Positions 27,615 through 37,784 of a DNA stretch of 64,000 nucleotides are shown in pieces. Numbering within the stretch: position 1 is the first letter of the stretch; each line of letters begins with the position of its first letter. The translations under genes were made by a program, and so were the position numbers. Source of the DNA: Acidobacteriota bacterium (GTDB lineage Bacteria; Acidobacteriota; Terriglobia; Terriglobales; Acidobacteriaceae); NCBI GenBank assembly GCA_046566985.1, contig JBKICT010000006.1:238353-302352 (forward strand). Direction: 5' to 3'. Under the pieces are notes generated by a model. The model ran no database searches. It was not told the origin of the DNA and was given only the letters and a program-made list of their open reading frames with translations.

Positions 27615-27699
27615 GCGGAGGTGGCGAAATTGGCAGACGCACAAGCTTGAGGTGCTTGCGCCGCAAGGCATAGGGGTTCAAGTCCCCTCCTCCGCACCA
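27615..27699 (+). tRNA. tRNA-Leu (anticodon GAG)
   Basis: Acceptor stem GCGGAGG/CCTCCGC, anticodon arm CAAGC-TTGAGGT-GCTTG, long variable arm, GGTTCAAGTCC T-arm, encoded CCA; 85 nt. Confidence 0.97.
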
Positions 27700-27738
27700 A
27701 GATTCCCGGGCAAGGCGCCCGCCGAAAGCAGCTTTCGA

Positions 27739-28038
27739 ATGCAGATTCTCTTCTACGTTGTCGTCGTGATTCACGTAATCGTCTGTCTCTTCCTTATCGG
27801 AGTCGTCCTGCTCCAGCAGGGCAGCTCGGCCGACCTGGCCGGCGCCTTCGGCGGACAGGGTTCGCAGACCGCCTTCGGCCCGCGCGCAGCGGCCAACGTG
27901 CTCACCCGGGTCACCACCTGGTGCGCCATCATCTTCATGATCACCTCGCTGAGCTTGACGATCCTCTATATGCGCGGCCAGCACCCCAAGTCGGTGCTGT
28001 CGGACTCGCCCACGTCGGCTCCTGCAAAGACCAAATAA
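27739..28038 (+). CDS. secG: Preprotein translocase subunit SecG
   Basis: VLLQQG..ADLAGAFGG.GSQT.FG..AAN.LTR.T; two TM helices. Confidence 0.95.
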   Translation: MQILFYVVVVIHVIVCLFLIGVVLLQQGSSADLAGAFGGQGSQTAFGPRAAANVLTRVTTWCAIIFMITSLSLTILYMRGQHPKSVLSDSPTSAPAKTK

Positions 28039-28058
28039 GCGAGCCTCATGCTCTCAGC

Positions 28059-28084
28059 AAAGGCAGGCTTCGGCCTGCCTTTTT
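28059..28084 (+). terminator. Intrinsic terminator after secG
   Basis: AAAGGCAGGC-TTCG-GCCTGCCTTTTT. Confidence 0.9.
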
Positions 28085-28141
28085 CATTGCCCACAGGACC
28101 TTACCGCGTCTGCCGCCCGCCGCTCTCCCTACAATGGAACC

Positions 28142-28786
28142 ATGATTCTTGAGACCTTTCCCGTCGGCCCGCTGCAATGCAACTGCACCATCCTCGGCGA
28201 CGAGGAAGCCGGTGAAGCCATCGTCATCGACCCCGGCGATGAGATTGGGCGAATCCAGAAGCGGCTGGCGGAGCTGGGGCTGAAGCTGAAACAGATTCTG
28301 ATTACGCACGGGCACATCGACCATGTGGGCGGGGCGCTGAAGCTGAAGCGGCTGACGGGGGCGCCGATTCTGCTCAACGAGAACGACCTGGCGCTGCTGA
28401 AGATGATGGACATGCAGGCGCGGTGGCTCGGGATTGAGACGCCGGAGGTAGCCGCGCCGGATGCGAGCCTGGACGAGGGAATGACCGTGGGGCTGGAGCG
28501 CTATCCCGCCCAGGTGCTGCACACGCCGGGGCATACGCAGGGGTCGGTGTGCCTGCACTTTGCGCCACTCAAGATGGTGGTGGCCGGCGACACGCTCTTC
28601 GCCGGCAGCATCGGCCGCACCGACCTGCCGGGCGGCAACGGGCGGCAGATCATCGACTCCATCCACAGCCGCCTGCTGACCATGGCGGACGAGACGCGGG
28701 TGATTGCCGGGCACGGGCCAGCGACGACCATTGGGGCGGAGAGGGTTGGCAATCCCTTTCTGGGGGCGAAAGGTCGTTGGGATTGA
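28142..28786 (+). CDS. MBL-fold metallo-hydrolase (glyoxalase II-like)
   Basis: THGHIDH, HTPGHT, GDTLF.GSIGRTDLPGG, GHG. Confidence 0.93.
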   Translation: MILETFPVGPLQCNCTILGDEEAGEAIVIDPGDEIGRIQKRLAELGLKLKQILITHGHIDHVGGALKLKRLTGAPILLNENDLALLKMMDMQARWLGIETPEVAAPDASLDEGMTVGLERYPAQVLHTPGHTQGSVCLHFAPLKMVVAGDTLFAGSIGRTDLPGGNGRQIIDSIHSRLLTMADETRVIAGHGPATTIGAERVGNPFLGAKGRWD

Positions 28787-28928
28787 TGGGCCGAAGCAGG
28801 GATATGTGATGCGGTTCAGTCATCAGACGCTGGCGCATCTATTTCGTTTGCCTGCAACGATATTCCCGCAAATACCTAAAGCTTTGGTTGATCTGCAGCG
28901 CGGATTTTATTACTTCCGTGATTCATTC

Positions 28929-30095
28929 CTAAAGGTGCAGTATCTGGGTTACTCCGGTACTGAATTCCGGCTCGGGCGTGAGGAGGCTTGCGACCAGCCA
29001 GCCGGATTTTGGCATGCCGAAGAAGTATCCGGGGTGGACCCAGACGCCGCGGTCGAGGAGGTCGAGGACGGTCTGCTCGTCGGGCTGAAGCGCGGGGATG
29101 CGCAGCACCGCGTACCAGCCGCCTTCGACTTGGAGGCGGCGGATCATGGACTGCGCGGTGAGCTGCCGGTCGAGCTCGGCCAGGTTGGCTTGGGCGCGGG
29201 CGCGAATCTGGCCCTGAAGGCCGGCGCGGCCAGCGAGCCACTGGGGCAGCGCCCACTGGACGGGCGCGTTCATGGAGAGGAAGGTGTCGGCGATGACCTC
29301 GAGGCGGTCGAGGGCGGCATCGCGGTGCGGACCGGTTGCAATCACCCAGGCGGCTTTCATCTGGGGCAGGCCGGCGATCTTGCTCATGCCGCTGACGACG
29401 TAGACGGGGATGTCTTCCAGACCGGCGGCGAAGGTGAACGGAAGGGAGGCGGGAGCTGGGAGTAGGGAGTAGGGGCCGTAGTCGAGGAAGACCTCGTCGA
29501 CGATGAGGGCGAGGTTGTGCTGGCGGCAGAGGTCGGCCAGTTCCGTTGCCTCCCACGGCTTGGTGAAGTGGCCGGTGGGGTTGTTGGGGTGGACGAGGAC
29601 GATGGCGCGGGTGTGGGGGGTGATGGCGCGGCGGAATCCTTCGGGGTCGATCTGCCAGAGGTGGTCGTAGACGAGGGGAGCGGGCTTGAGGCGGACGTCG
29701 TCGAGGGTGGCGAGGAAGTCGAAGAGCGGATAGCTGGGCTGGGGGATGAGGATCTCGGCGCCGGGATCGCAGAGGAGGCGGAAGAGGAAGCTGTAGGCCT
29801 CGCTGGTGCTGGTGGTCAGGATGACCTGGTCGGGCGTGAGCTGGGCTCCGTGCTCGGCGTAGTAGGCGCAGACGGCCTGGCGGGCTGCGAGAAGGCCGCG
29901 CGGCTGGGGATCGTAATCGAGGGCGCGGGGATCGCTCAGCGCGGCGAGCAGGTTGGCGTCGTAGTGGAAGCCGCAGCGGGTGGGATTGGAGGCGGTGAGG
30001 TCGGCGATGGGCAGGCCGGCAGCGAGGCGCCGGCGATGGGCGCCGGCGAGCTCGGATTCCTCGGTGTTCCAGTTGGTTCGTTGGGAAAAGCGCAT
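28929..30095 (-). CDS. PLP-dependent aminotransferase class I/II
   Basis: PSYPLF, VHPNNPTG, VDEVF, SGMSKIAGLPQMK (PLP Lys). Confidence 0.9.
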   Translation of the reverse strand: MRFSQRTNWNTEESELAGAHRRRLAAGLPIADLTASNPTRCGFHYDANLLAALSDPRALDYDPQPRGLLAARQAVCAYYAEHGAQLTPDQVILTTSTSEAYSFLFRLLCDPGAEILIPQPSYPLFDFLATLDDVRLKPAPLVYDHLWQIDPEGFRRAITPHTRAIVLVHPNNPTGHFTKPWEATELADLCRQHNLALIVDEVFLDYGPYSLLPAPASLPFTFAAGLEDIPVYVVSGMSKIAGLPQMKAAWVIATGPHRDAALDRLEVIADTFLSMNAPVQWALPQWLAGRAGLQGQIRARAQANLAELDRQLTAQSMIRRLQVEGGWYAVLRIPALQPDEQTVLDLLDRGVWVHPGYFFGMPKSGWLVASLLTPEPEFSTGVTQILHL

Positions 30096-30172
30096 CGGTG
30101 TACACGGGGCCTGCGATCCGCAGCGGGATGCCAGAATGGAGCAGGCGTCCCCTTCACGATACACGGGCGTCC

Positions 30173-30814
30173 ATGGAGGAGCGTTTGGGGCTGCGCGCGG
30201 TGATCTTCGATTACGGAATGGTGTTGACGGGCAAGCCGGATGCGGATGCGCACGATGCGATGGTGCGGATTACGGGGCTTGCGCCGGAGCACTTTGAGCG
30301 GCTCTACTGGGCCGACCGGCACGCGTACGACGAAGGCAAGCTGACCGGCGTGACATTTTGGCAGAAGCTGGCGCGGGATGGGCTACTCGATCTGCCGCAG
30401 GACGCGCTGGACGATCTGAATGCGCTGGACGCGCGCATGTGGACGACGTGCGACGCGCGGATGGTGGAGTGGCAGGCAACGCTGAAGAAGCGCGGGATGC
30501 GGACGGCGATCCTGTCGAACATGGGGGACGCGGTGCTGGCAAACATCGAGCGGACGTTCGCGTGGATCCAGAATTTCGATGTGCTGGTGTGGAGTTATCA
30601 GTTAGGGATGGCCAAGCCTGATCCGGCGATCTACCGGCACACGCTGGAGCGTCTGCAGACCGCGCCAGAAGAGACGCTGTTCATCGACGACAAGCGCGAG
30701 AACATCGAGGTAGCGCTGGCGCTGGGGATGCGTGGAATCGTGTTCACGACGCCGGAGAACCTTTGCGCGCAGATTCGCGAAGCGGGGCTGGAGAAGGAGC
30801 TGCCGCTGCCTTGA
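30173..30814 (+). CDS. HAD family phosphatase
   Basis: VIFDYGMV, ILSN, KPDP.IY, FIDD. Confidence 0.9.
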   Translation: MEERLGLRAVIFDYGMVLTGKPDADAHDAMVRITGLAPEHFERLYWADRHAYDEGKLTGVTFWQKLARDGLLDLPQDALDDLNALDARMWTTCDARMVEWQATLKKRGMRTAILSNMGDAVLANIERTFAWIQNFDVLVWSYQLGMAKPDPAIYRHTLERLQTAPEETLFIDDKRENIEVALALGMRGIVFTTPENLCAQIREAGLEKELPLP

Positions 30815-30968
30815 GCAGTGCGGCGCGACTTCAGTAACAAATCTTCAGGTTGCATCCCGAGCCGGTGCAGTAGACTGGTGTGCCGCCAGAAATGCGCTCA
30901 CGGGTGCTCTCTGCGGCGAGGGGCCCGGGCTTTATTCAAGTCGATCAGAGTTTTCGGAGGCAGGACGA

Positions 30969-33662
30969 ATGTTTGCGAACACAGGAAAAGCGCAGTTTGC
31001 GATGGCGCTGTGCGGATTTGCACTGGCGGCCGCAGCGGCAGCGCAATCGGTTCCGGTTGTGACTGGCGACGCGCGTGTGGACAAGCTGCTGAGCGAGATG
31101 ACGCTCAATGAGAAGCTCACGCTGATTCATGGCACCCAGGAAGACCCGAAGGTCTACCAGGGACAGGCCGGATATCTGGCGGGGATTCCGCGGCTGGGGA
31201 TTCCGGGGCTGCGCTTTGCCGACGGGCCTCCGGGCGTGCTGACCCGAGTGCCGTCGCAGGGCGAGACGGCGACGATGGGTGTGGCGGCGACGTTCAGCGC
31301 GAAGGATGCGTACGACAACGGACTGGTGATCGGGCGGGAAGACCGCGCCGCGGGGATCGACGTTTCGCTTCAGCCGTTCGTGAATATCGATCGCGATCTG
31401 GAGTTCGGACGCGGGTACAACACGTTTGGTGAAGATCCTTACCTTACCTCGGTGATGGGCGTGGGAGAGATCAAGGGCATCCAGTCGCAGCACGTAATGG
31501 CGCAAGTGAAGCACTACGTGGGGTACGATTCGGACGGCACCAGTACATGGATCGACGACCAGACGCTGCACGAGGTGTACGTGGCGCCGTTCGATGCGGC
31601 GGTGAAGGCGGGCGTCTCGTCGATCATGTGCTCGTACAACCGGCTAAACGGCACGTTTGCCTGTGGCAACAAAGATACGCTGACGACGATTCTGCGCGAC
31701 CAGATTCATTTCAAGGGGTTCGTTACATCGGATTGGGGCGCAGTGCACGCGGTTAACTTTATCAACGCGGGACTCGACATGGAGATGCCGGGCGGCGCAC
31801 CGGGATTGGGCTCGTTCATTCCGTCGTTCTTCGATTCGAACCCGCCCGCGCCGCCGCCGAACCTGAAGGCGATGGGTGGGGTGATGGCGATGTTTGGCGG
31901 TCACATTCCGGAGGAGCCCCCGCCTGCGCCCGCAGGCCACAGCGATTGGGGCGTGAAGCTGAGCCCCGAGAAGATGCCGCAGGCTTTGAAGGATGGCACG
32001 GTGTCGGAAGCGACGGTTACGCGCGCGGCCGGACGGGTGCTCTATGAGATCGTCCACTTCGGCTACATGGACGGAATGCAGCAGCACAACGTGACGCCGC
32101 AACCGATTGAAGAGAACGCCAAGATTATTGAGAAGACCGGCGAGGACGCGGCCGTGCTGCTGAAGAACGAAGGCCACGCGCTGCCGCTGAAGGCGGACGA
32201 TCTCGATGGCGTAGTGCTGATCGGTCCCACAGCCGGACAGGTGGACTCGATCGGCATCAACGGCGAGCGGTCGGTGGGATTGCCGCAGCGGCAGGTGGGT
32301 CCGTACGCCGCGATGAAGAAGATCTCGGGCAACGACAAGATTCAGCTTGCGGTCGCGGACGATATGAACGGCGTTACCATCCCGGCCAGCGACCTGAGCG
32401 GCGGCGCAGAGTGCAAAACTGCGGATGCAAAGCCTGCCGCGGACGGCAAGACGAGCTGGCACACTCCGCAGCTCGACTTCACGTTGAAGGCCGGCGATCC
32501 GCTGCCTCCGAACTCGACACTCACCTGCACGGCCACCGTGAATGTTCCGCACGCGGGCGACTACTGGATCTATCTGCAGGCGATGGGCACCAATGCCAAC
32601 ATCAAAGTCGACGGCAAGCCGCTGGCGCGCACCGGAGCGTTCCAGGGCGGCGTGCACGGGGACATTCTGCAGGCCAACCAGGACAATGTGGTGCCGACGC
32701 CCGACGGCCTGGACAACGTGCGCCGGGCGATGAACCTGACGGCGGGGCCACACAAGGTGGAGATCAGCACAAGCCCTGATAGCTCGGGCTCGCCGGTGCA
32801 GGTGCGGCTGAACTGGTACACGCCGGAGAAGCGCCAGGCCGATCACGACGCGGCGATTGAAGCCGCCAAGAAGGCCAAGGTCGCGGTGGTGTTTGTGTGG
32901 ACCCGTCTCACGCCCGTGTTCGGGCTTCCGGGCGATCAGGACAAGCTGGTCGAGGAAGTTGCTGCAGCGAATCCGAACACGATCGTGGTGCTCAACACCA
33001 GCCAGCCGGTGGCGCTGCCGTGGGTGGACAAGGTGAAGGCGGTGCTGGAGATGTGGTGGCCCGGCGACGAAGGCGGGTGGGCGACGGCGAATCTTCTGCT
33101 GGGCAAAGTGAGCCCCGCGGGCCGGCTGCCGGTGACCTGGGGCAAGAAGCTGACCGATTACGCTGCTACGGATCCGGCACACCCGGAACGCAGCGCCAAG
33201 GGCGTAGACGGCAAGACCACCTACAGCGAAGGCGTGAACGTGGGCTATCGCTGGTTCGACAAAGAGAACATCGAGCCGTTATTCGCGTTCGGGCACGGGC
33301 TGAGCTACACGACGTTTGCCTACTCCGAAATGAAGGTGAACAAGGCTGCGGATGGAGGCCTCGATGTTTCGGTGAAGATCAAGAACACGGGCCCCATGGC
33401 GTCCGATGAAGTGCCGCAGGTATATCTGGGTGCGCCAAGTGAGATTCCTGCCGGCGTTCAGTTCCCTGTTCGGGCGCTGGCGGCATTCGATCGCATTCAC
33501 CTGAGTGCGGGCGCGTCGCAGGACGTGACGCTGCATGTGGCTCCGCGCCAGCTCCAGTACTGGTCGACGAGGGACCAGAAATGGGAGATGGCAAGCGGCA
33601 AGCGGACGGTGAGCGTAGGCGCATCTTCGCGCGATCTGCGGCTGCACCAGGAGATCGAATAG
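30969..33662 (+). CDS. Secreted GH3 beta-glucosidase with PA14-like insert and FnIII tail
   Basis: Signal peptide; ADGPPG, GRGYNTFGEDP, VKHY, MCSYN, FVTSDW (nucleophile Asp), YSEG..VGYRWF, FGHGLSYT. Confidence 0.92.
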   Translation: MFANTGKAQFAMALCGFALAAAAAAQSVPVVTGDARVDKLLSEMTLNEKLTLIHGTQEDPKVYQGQAGYLAGIPRLGIPGLRFADGPPGVLTRVPSQGETATMGVAATFSAKDAYDNGLVIGREDRAAGIDVSLQPFVNIDRDLEFGRGYNTFGEDPYLTSVMGVGEIKGIQSQHVMAQVKHYVGYDSDGTSTWIDDQTLHEVYVAPFDAAVKAGVSSIMCSYNRLNGTFACGNKDTLTTILRDQIHFKGFVTSDWGAVHAVNFINAGLDMEMPGGAPGLGSFIPSFFDSNPPAPPPNLKAMGGVMAMFGGHIPEEPPPAPAGHSDWGVKLSPEKMPQALKDGTVSEATVTRAAGRVLYEIVHFGYMDGMQQHNVTPQPIEENAKIIEKTGEDAAVLLKNEGHALPLKADDLDGVVLIGPTAGQVDSIGINGERSVGLPQRQVGPYAAMKKISGNDKIQLAVADDMNGVTIPASDLSGGAECKTADAKPAADGKTSWHTPQLDFTLKAGDPLPPNSTLTCTATVNVPHAGDYWIYLQAMGTNANIKVDGKPLARTGAFQGGVHGDILQANQDNVVPTPDGLDNVRRAMNLTAGPHKVEISTSPDSSGSPVQVRLNWYTPEKRQADHDAAIEAAKKAKVAVVFVWTRLTPVFGLPGDQDKLVEEVAAANPNTIVVLNTSQPVALPWVDKVKAVLEMWWPGDEGGWATANLLLGKVSPAGRLPVTWGKKLTDYAATDPAHPERSAKGVDGKTTYSEGVNVGYRWFDKENIEPLFAFGHGLSYTTFAYSEMKVNKAADGGLDVSVKIKNTGPMASDEVPQVYLGAPSEIPAGVQFPVRALAAFDRIHLSAGASQDVTLHVAPRQLQYWSTRDQKWEMASGKRTVSVGASSRDLRLHQEIE

Positions 33663-33665
33663 CGG

Positions 33666-33692
33666 ATGTCCTCCGGCCCTGCCGGAGGACAT
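33666..33692. terminator. Terminator hairpin between convergent genes
   Basis: ATGTCCTCCGG-CCCTG-CCGGAGGACAT followed by AGGCTTTT. Confidence 0.7.
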
Positions 33693-33727
33693 AGGCTTTT
33701 CTGAACTCTGCTCCGGATCTTCATACC

Positions 33728-34882
33728 CTAAGCGGCAGTTCCGACGCTGGGCACAGGCCCCAAATCAGACGCGGTCACCCTGTGCTTGTGCGCGGTCGTA
33801 AAGCCGCGCTCGAGCACTGATTGCAGTTGGACAAGGTCATGGTGCATAAGGTTGCGCGGATCGAGACCCAGCAGCGTGGCGAACCCATGGCCTAAAAGCC
33901 CGGCCGGCGGCGCATATTCCATTTGCACGTGCACCCGCGTATAACCATCCGCCTCTTCATCGAGACGGATGACGCCGTGATTCTCAACGATGGAACCGGG
34001 CAGGCTGCGCCACTCCACGCGCTGGTTTGGAACAAGCTTTGTAATCTTTCCGACCCAGCTGAGCGGAACGCCCGCAGGCCCGGAGAGGTGCCACCGATAG
34101 ACGTCCGCTCCTTCCGCGTGAATCTCTTTCACATGCGAAAACACCTTCGCGTAATTTTCAGGATTTGACCAGAAGGTGAAGAGGGTTTCGCGGCCGGCAT
34201 GTACATGCAACGTCTTCTCCACGTGAATGCCCGAGCGTGGAATTCGGCGCAGCGGCATGTTCAGCACGGAACGCGCCAGCATAAGTGAACCGGCAAGCGC
34301 GGCCTTCGAAGCCGCGGAGTGATGCCGGCGGAATCCGTCGACCATGAGCGCGAGACCGGCTCCCCCGACCGCGACGCGAGCGGTGGGCGACCACTTGTCG
34401 CCAAAGAATCCCGCGATCTCCGCAGGAGCCTTTCTGCGGCCCTGGGATTCAGGACCCTCCACGGTCTCGAGAAACACGGAAATGTCTCTGACGCCGCGCA
34501 CACATGCCACTGCGCGCCGGATACGCCCCACATCGCGCGCCAGGACTTTGCCCATCAACTCGACGTGGCCCTGCTTCACCTTTACCTCGATGGCGTCCGG
34601 GTTAGGAACCTTGCGGCCCAGAATGCTTCTGATCCGCTCGTGCAAGGTTCCATCGCTCACCTCGTCCCTGCGCAACAGGGTTTTGGCTTCCGCGATGGCG
34701 CCCTCAGCGCGGTGTTGAAGGTCGCGGCGGAATCGGTTGGCGAACTTGCGCGATTCCTTTCCGCAGTGATTGGCCTGATCGGTCAGGGCGACTCGTCGCC
34801 GCTTTCCGCGATCGGGATCGAGGTAGTACATCGACAGGGCGCCAACGCCCAACATCAAACTGCTCCACCCTAGCTTATTCAT
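33728..34882 (-). CDS. YtxH-like / BON / SRPBCC (cyclase-dehydrase) fusion protein
   Basis: N-terminal TM + YYLDPDRGKRRR; BON-like VSDGTLHERIRS.LG...IEVKV.QGHVELMG; SRPBCC VEKT..V...FWSN.EN....F, W.S..G...N.G.IR, HDL..L...LE.G. Confidence 0.8.
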   Translation of the reverse strand: MNKLGWSSLMLGVGALSMYYLDPDRGKRRRVALTDQANHCGKESRKFANRFRRDLQHRAEGAIAEAKTLLRRDEVSDGTLHERIRSILGRKVPNPDAIEVKVKQGHVELMGKVLARDVGRIRRAVACVRGVRDISVFLETVEGPESQGRRKAPAEIAGFFGDKWSPTARVAVGGAGLALMVDGFRRHHSAASKAALAGSLMLARSVLNMPLRRIPRSGIHVEKTLHVHAGRETLFTFWSNPENYAKVFSHVKEIHAEGADVYRWHLSGPAGVPLSWVGKITKLVPNQRVEWRSLPGSIVENHGVIRLDEEADGYTRVHVQMEYAPPAGLLGHGFATLLGLDPRNLMHHDLVQLQSVLERGFTTAHKHRVTASDLGPVPSVGTAA

Positions 34883-35101
34883 AAAAACCTCCGTCTTGCG
34901 GTTCGCTCTATCGAGGCGATGCTACGACGCCTCCGGTGCATCTTTGACGAAGCCCGTGGCAATGCGCTGCCGAGCGACTCGCTGCTCAAGCAGCTGCCGG
35001 TATTGTGCAGCCTGGATCGTGGAGGCGAACCCGTGCGGGGACCGCTGCACAGCGACACCGCAAGCCCCGGATGCCGCGTCCCTAACGTACTCCAAAGAGC
35101 A

Positions 35102-35117
35102 TGTGACGGCACTCACG
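35102..35117. promoter_or_regulatory. CRP/FNR-family box between divergent BON-SRPBCC and baeRF1 genes
   Basis: TGTGA-CGGCAC-TCACG (9/10). An FNR-spaced palindrome CTGAT-TCAG-ATCAG is at 35164-35177. Confidence 0.6.
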
Positions 35118-35336
35118 CAGCTCTGAGTGCTGTTGATTCCATGAAATGTGGAAGTGAAGAATTCTGATTCAGATCAGCTGGCCGGAGCGTCTTGTATGCA
35201 GAGGTAGTGAATGCCGCTTCTCGGTGCATTCTCCGTTTGTCCTCATCCCCTCAAAAAACGTGACTTGGAGTTATGCCGCATTCACGGCGTTCCTCTATTC
35301 CCTGCTCTGCCCTGATGAAAGCGAAGGAGGCAATGT

Positions 35337-36551
35337 ATGTCTCAGCTCTTTCCGTCCGCGTCGCTGGCCTCGATGCCAGAACCGGTACTCAGCGTTTACC
35401 TGGCCACCAATCCCCTTCGGCACCTGAACCGCAACTGCGATCACGGCTGTTCGCGCTGGTTCGATATCCACGCGAGGCAGCTACTGGCTGCGAGCGACAG
35501 CGCCGCACAGGACCCCCTTTTGCGCCAAATTAAACGCGTGCAGCACTTTCTAAAAGAGAGCATTCCGGAGGCGCCGGGCATCGCGCTCTTCGCGGGGTCG
35601 GATACCTGGCATGTGATTCCTTTGCCGAGCGAACCAGAGAACGAGATTGACTGGGGCAAGCCGAGGCTGTGGCAGTTGGTAACGATGGCTCAAAGCCACC
35701 GGCCGTGGTGCATTGCAAAGATGGACCGGTCGGGCGCGCGATTGTTCTCATTCCAGAATGGAGACCTGATACCGCTGGCCGCGTTGGAGTTCCATGTTGA
35801 CCCAAGCCACTGGAAGCAGATGCAGGCGTTCCACAGCGCCGAGAGGAATGCCGGCATGGCGCACGGTGCGCAACGCGATCTGTTCGAGCGGCGCTACGAC
35901 GCGCAACATGATCACTTCCTGTGCGATGTGGCGCAGCGGTTGAATCGTATATGCGCGAGCAGTGGTGTGAACCACGTTGTGCTGATCGGACCGAGCCGCT
36001 CCATCGGGATCCTCGAGCACAAGCTCACTCCGTTGCTGCGGAAACAGACGATCCAGATTCCGCATCTCCGGTCCGGAGGGGATTCCTCCCTATCGCTCAG
36101 CAGCGTTGTTGAGGATGCGCTGCGGCGCTTCGAAGCGGATCAGAAGGCGCAGAAGATCGGCGAACTGGGCGAGCGCGGCCGCGGCGTCGTGACCGGCGCG
36201 GAAGAGACGCTGGCGATGCTCCAGCGGGGACGGCTGAGCCTGCTGATGATCGAGGAAGACTTCAATCCGGTTCTTGGCTACTGCACCACCTGCGACCACG
36301 CGAGTGCGTCGCCTGTGCAGGAGTGCCCGCGGTGCCAGGAGCCCATGGTGGAACGCACGCTGCACGAAGTTCTGCCGCAGTTGCTGATGCGCCACCGCTG
36401 CGAGAGCGAGCTTGTGAGCGGGCAATCCGCGGAACGGCTTCACAAGATGGGCGGCATGGGAGGGTGGCTCCGCCAGAAGCACATTCTCAGAGCATCAAGG
36501 CCGTGGGCGTGGAGAGAGACGACCATACCGATGCCTGCAGCCGTTGCTTAG
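35337..36551 (+). CDS. Bacterial archaeo-eukaryotic release factor (baeRF1)-like protein with Zn ribbon, no GGQ
   Basis: AGGAGG SD. eRF1-like layout: VLSVYL N-domain with GIALFA; RNase H-like middle domain (IAKMDRSGARLF, VVLIGP); L7Ae-like C-domain (VTGAEETLAMLQRGRLSLLMI...GGMGGWLR) with a CTTC-x11-CPRC insert. Confidence 0.75.
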   Translation: MSQLFPSASLASMPEPVLSVYLATNPLRHLNRNCDHGCSRWFDIHARQLLAASDSAAQDPLLRQIKRVQHFLKESIPEAPGIALFAGSDTWHVIPLPSEPENEIDWGKPRLWQLVTMAQSHRPWCIAKMDRSGARLFSFQNGDLIPLAALEFHVDPSHWKQMQAFHSAERNAGMAHGAQRDLFERRYDAQHDHFLCDVAQRLNRICASSGVNHVVLIGPSRSIGILEHKLTPLLRKQTIQIPHLRSGGDSSLSLSSVVEDALRRFEADQKAQKIGELGERGRGVVTGAEETLAMLQRGRLSLLMIEEDFNPVLGYCTTCDHASASPVQECPRCQEPMVERTLHEVLPQLLMRHRCESELVSGQSAERLHKMGGMGGWLRQKHILRASRPWAWRETTIPMPAAVA

Positions 36552-36563
36552 CGCTGCGGCAAG

Positions 36564-37784
36564 CTATCGCACGCGGAAGGCCTTGATCGCAATCGCATTC
36601 GGTTCGCGGCCGGCGGGCAGCATGGTGAACAGCGAGTGGGTGGACGTGCGCACGGCTGCGACGTCGCCGGATCGCGAGTCCACGACAAAGAGCAAGTGGC
36701 CTTCCACCGCGAATGCCATGTCGCAGGGGCCGTCGCCGCCGTAGATGGAGCCGGTGCGCTTGCCGTCGTCGATGGAGTAGATGGTGACCTCCTGCGAGTG
36801 GAGGTTGGCAACGTACAGGAGCGAGTTATCGCTCGAGACGATTCCGTGCACCGGATAGTTGCCCATCAGGTAGGCTCCGCCCACGTCGTTGAAGGTGGTC
36901 ACAACTTCGCTGATGGTGTTCGAAAGCGAGTTCATGACGAAGAGTTCGCCGCCGTCCGGCTTCAGCGCGAGTTGCACAGGACCGCGGCCCACGTCCATCA
37001 GCGACTCGACGCGATCCGGGCCGCCGGGATTGAACTTTGAATCGGCCAGGGTAATGGCCATCACCTGGTGGCCCGCGGAACAGGCGACGAAGGCCTTGGA
37101 TGAATCAGGAAGAATCACGGCGTCCGCAGCCCCTGGGCAGCCGCTGAAGAACGCCCGCACGCGCCGGTTTTTTGCGTCGATCAGGCTGACGGAGTTGCTG
37201 CGCCGGTTCGGCACGACGATCGTCTTCGCGTCGGGCGCGACGCGCGCTTCCACGGGTTCCTCGCCAACGCCAATCTGCGCAATTTCACGGCGCGTCTCGA
37301 GATCGATGACGGAGACGGTGTTGGAACCGGAGTTGGGCACGTAGGCTAGCTGGTGTTCCGCATCGAGGCCGATCGAGAGTGGCTGGCGATGCAGCGGGAT
37401 GGTAGCGGCAATCGCGTTCTTCTCGGCGTCGAGCACGGAAAGCGAGCCGTTGCCGTTCGCCGGGCCAGCGTTCACCACGTAGACCTGGTTGCGCGTGGGG
37501 TTCGCGGCTACGGCCACCGGGTGCTGGCCGACCTGAATCTCGCGGTCAAGACGCAAGTTGACTACGTCAAGGACGGTTACGGTGTTGCTGGCTCCGTTGG
37601 TTACGTACGCATACTCGCGGTAGTTGGCCGCGAATTTGGGGAAGTCATGGGGACGACAGGCGGTGAGGAGGAGCGGCAGGACAAAGGCAATGAATATCCC
37701 AGGTCTCAGCATCAAGACCTGGGACACCCACGACCGGGAACGCGACGGGGCGGATTCACTGTGCCTTTCTTGCTCGGGAGTCAT
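36564..37784 (-). CDS. YVTN/YncE-type beta-propeller lipoprotein
   Basis: Lipobox LLLTAC; repeated [12 protein letters not shown] units; ATGA overlap with the aroF stop. Confidence 0.85.
   Translation of the reverse strand: MTPEQERHSESAPSRSRSWVSQVLMLRPGIFIAFVLPLLLTACRPHDFPKFAANYREYAYVTNGASNTVTVLDVVNLRLDREIQVGQHPVAVAANPTRNQVYVVNAGPANGNGSLSVLDAEKNAIAATIPLHRQPLSIGLDAEHQLAYVPNSGSNTVSVIDLETRREIAQIGVGEEPVEARVAPDAKTIVVPNRRSNSVSLIDAKNRRVRAFFSGCPGAADAVILPDSSKAFVACSAGHQVMAITLADSKFNPGGPDRVESLMDVGRGPVQLALKPDGGELFVMNSLSNTISEVVTTFNDVGGAYLMGNYPVHGIVSSDNSLLYVANLHSQEVTIYSIDDGKRTGSIYGGDGPCDMAFAVEGHLLFVVDSRSGDVAAVRTSTHSLFTMLPAGREPNAIAIKAFRVR

Noticed and set aside
27615-27699. tRNA-Leu as an island or prophage attachment site
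   Set aside because: Followed directly by secG; no integrase and no duplicated tRNA 3' end seen in the window.
28805-28820. Additional CRP-like site TGTGA-TGCGGT-TCAGT
   Set aside because: Only 8/10 and located between convergent 3' ends, so no promoter to regulate.
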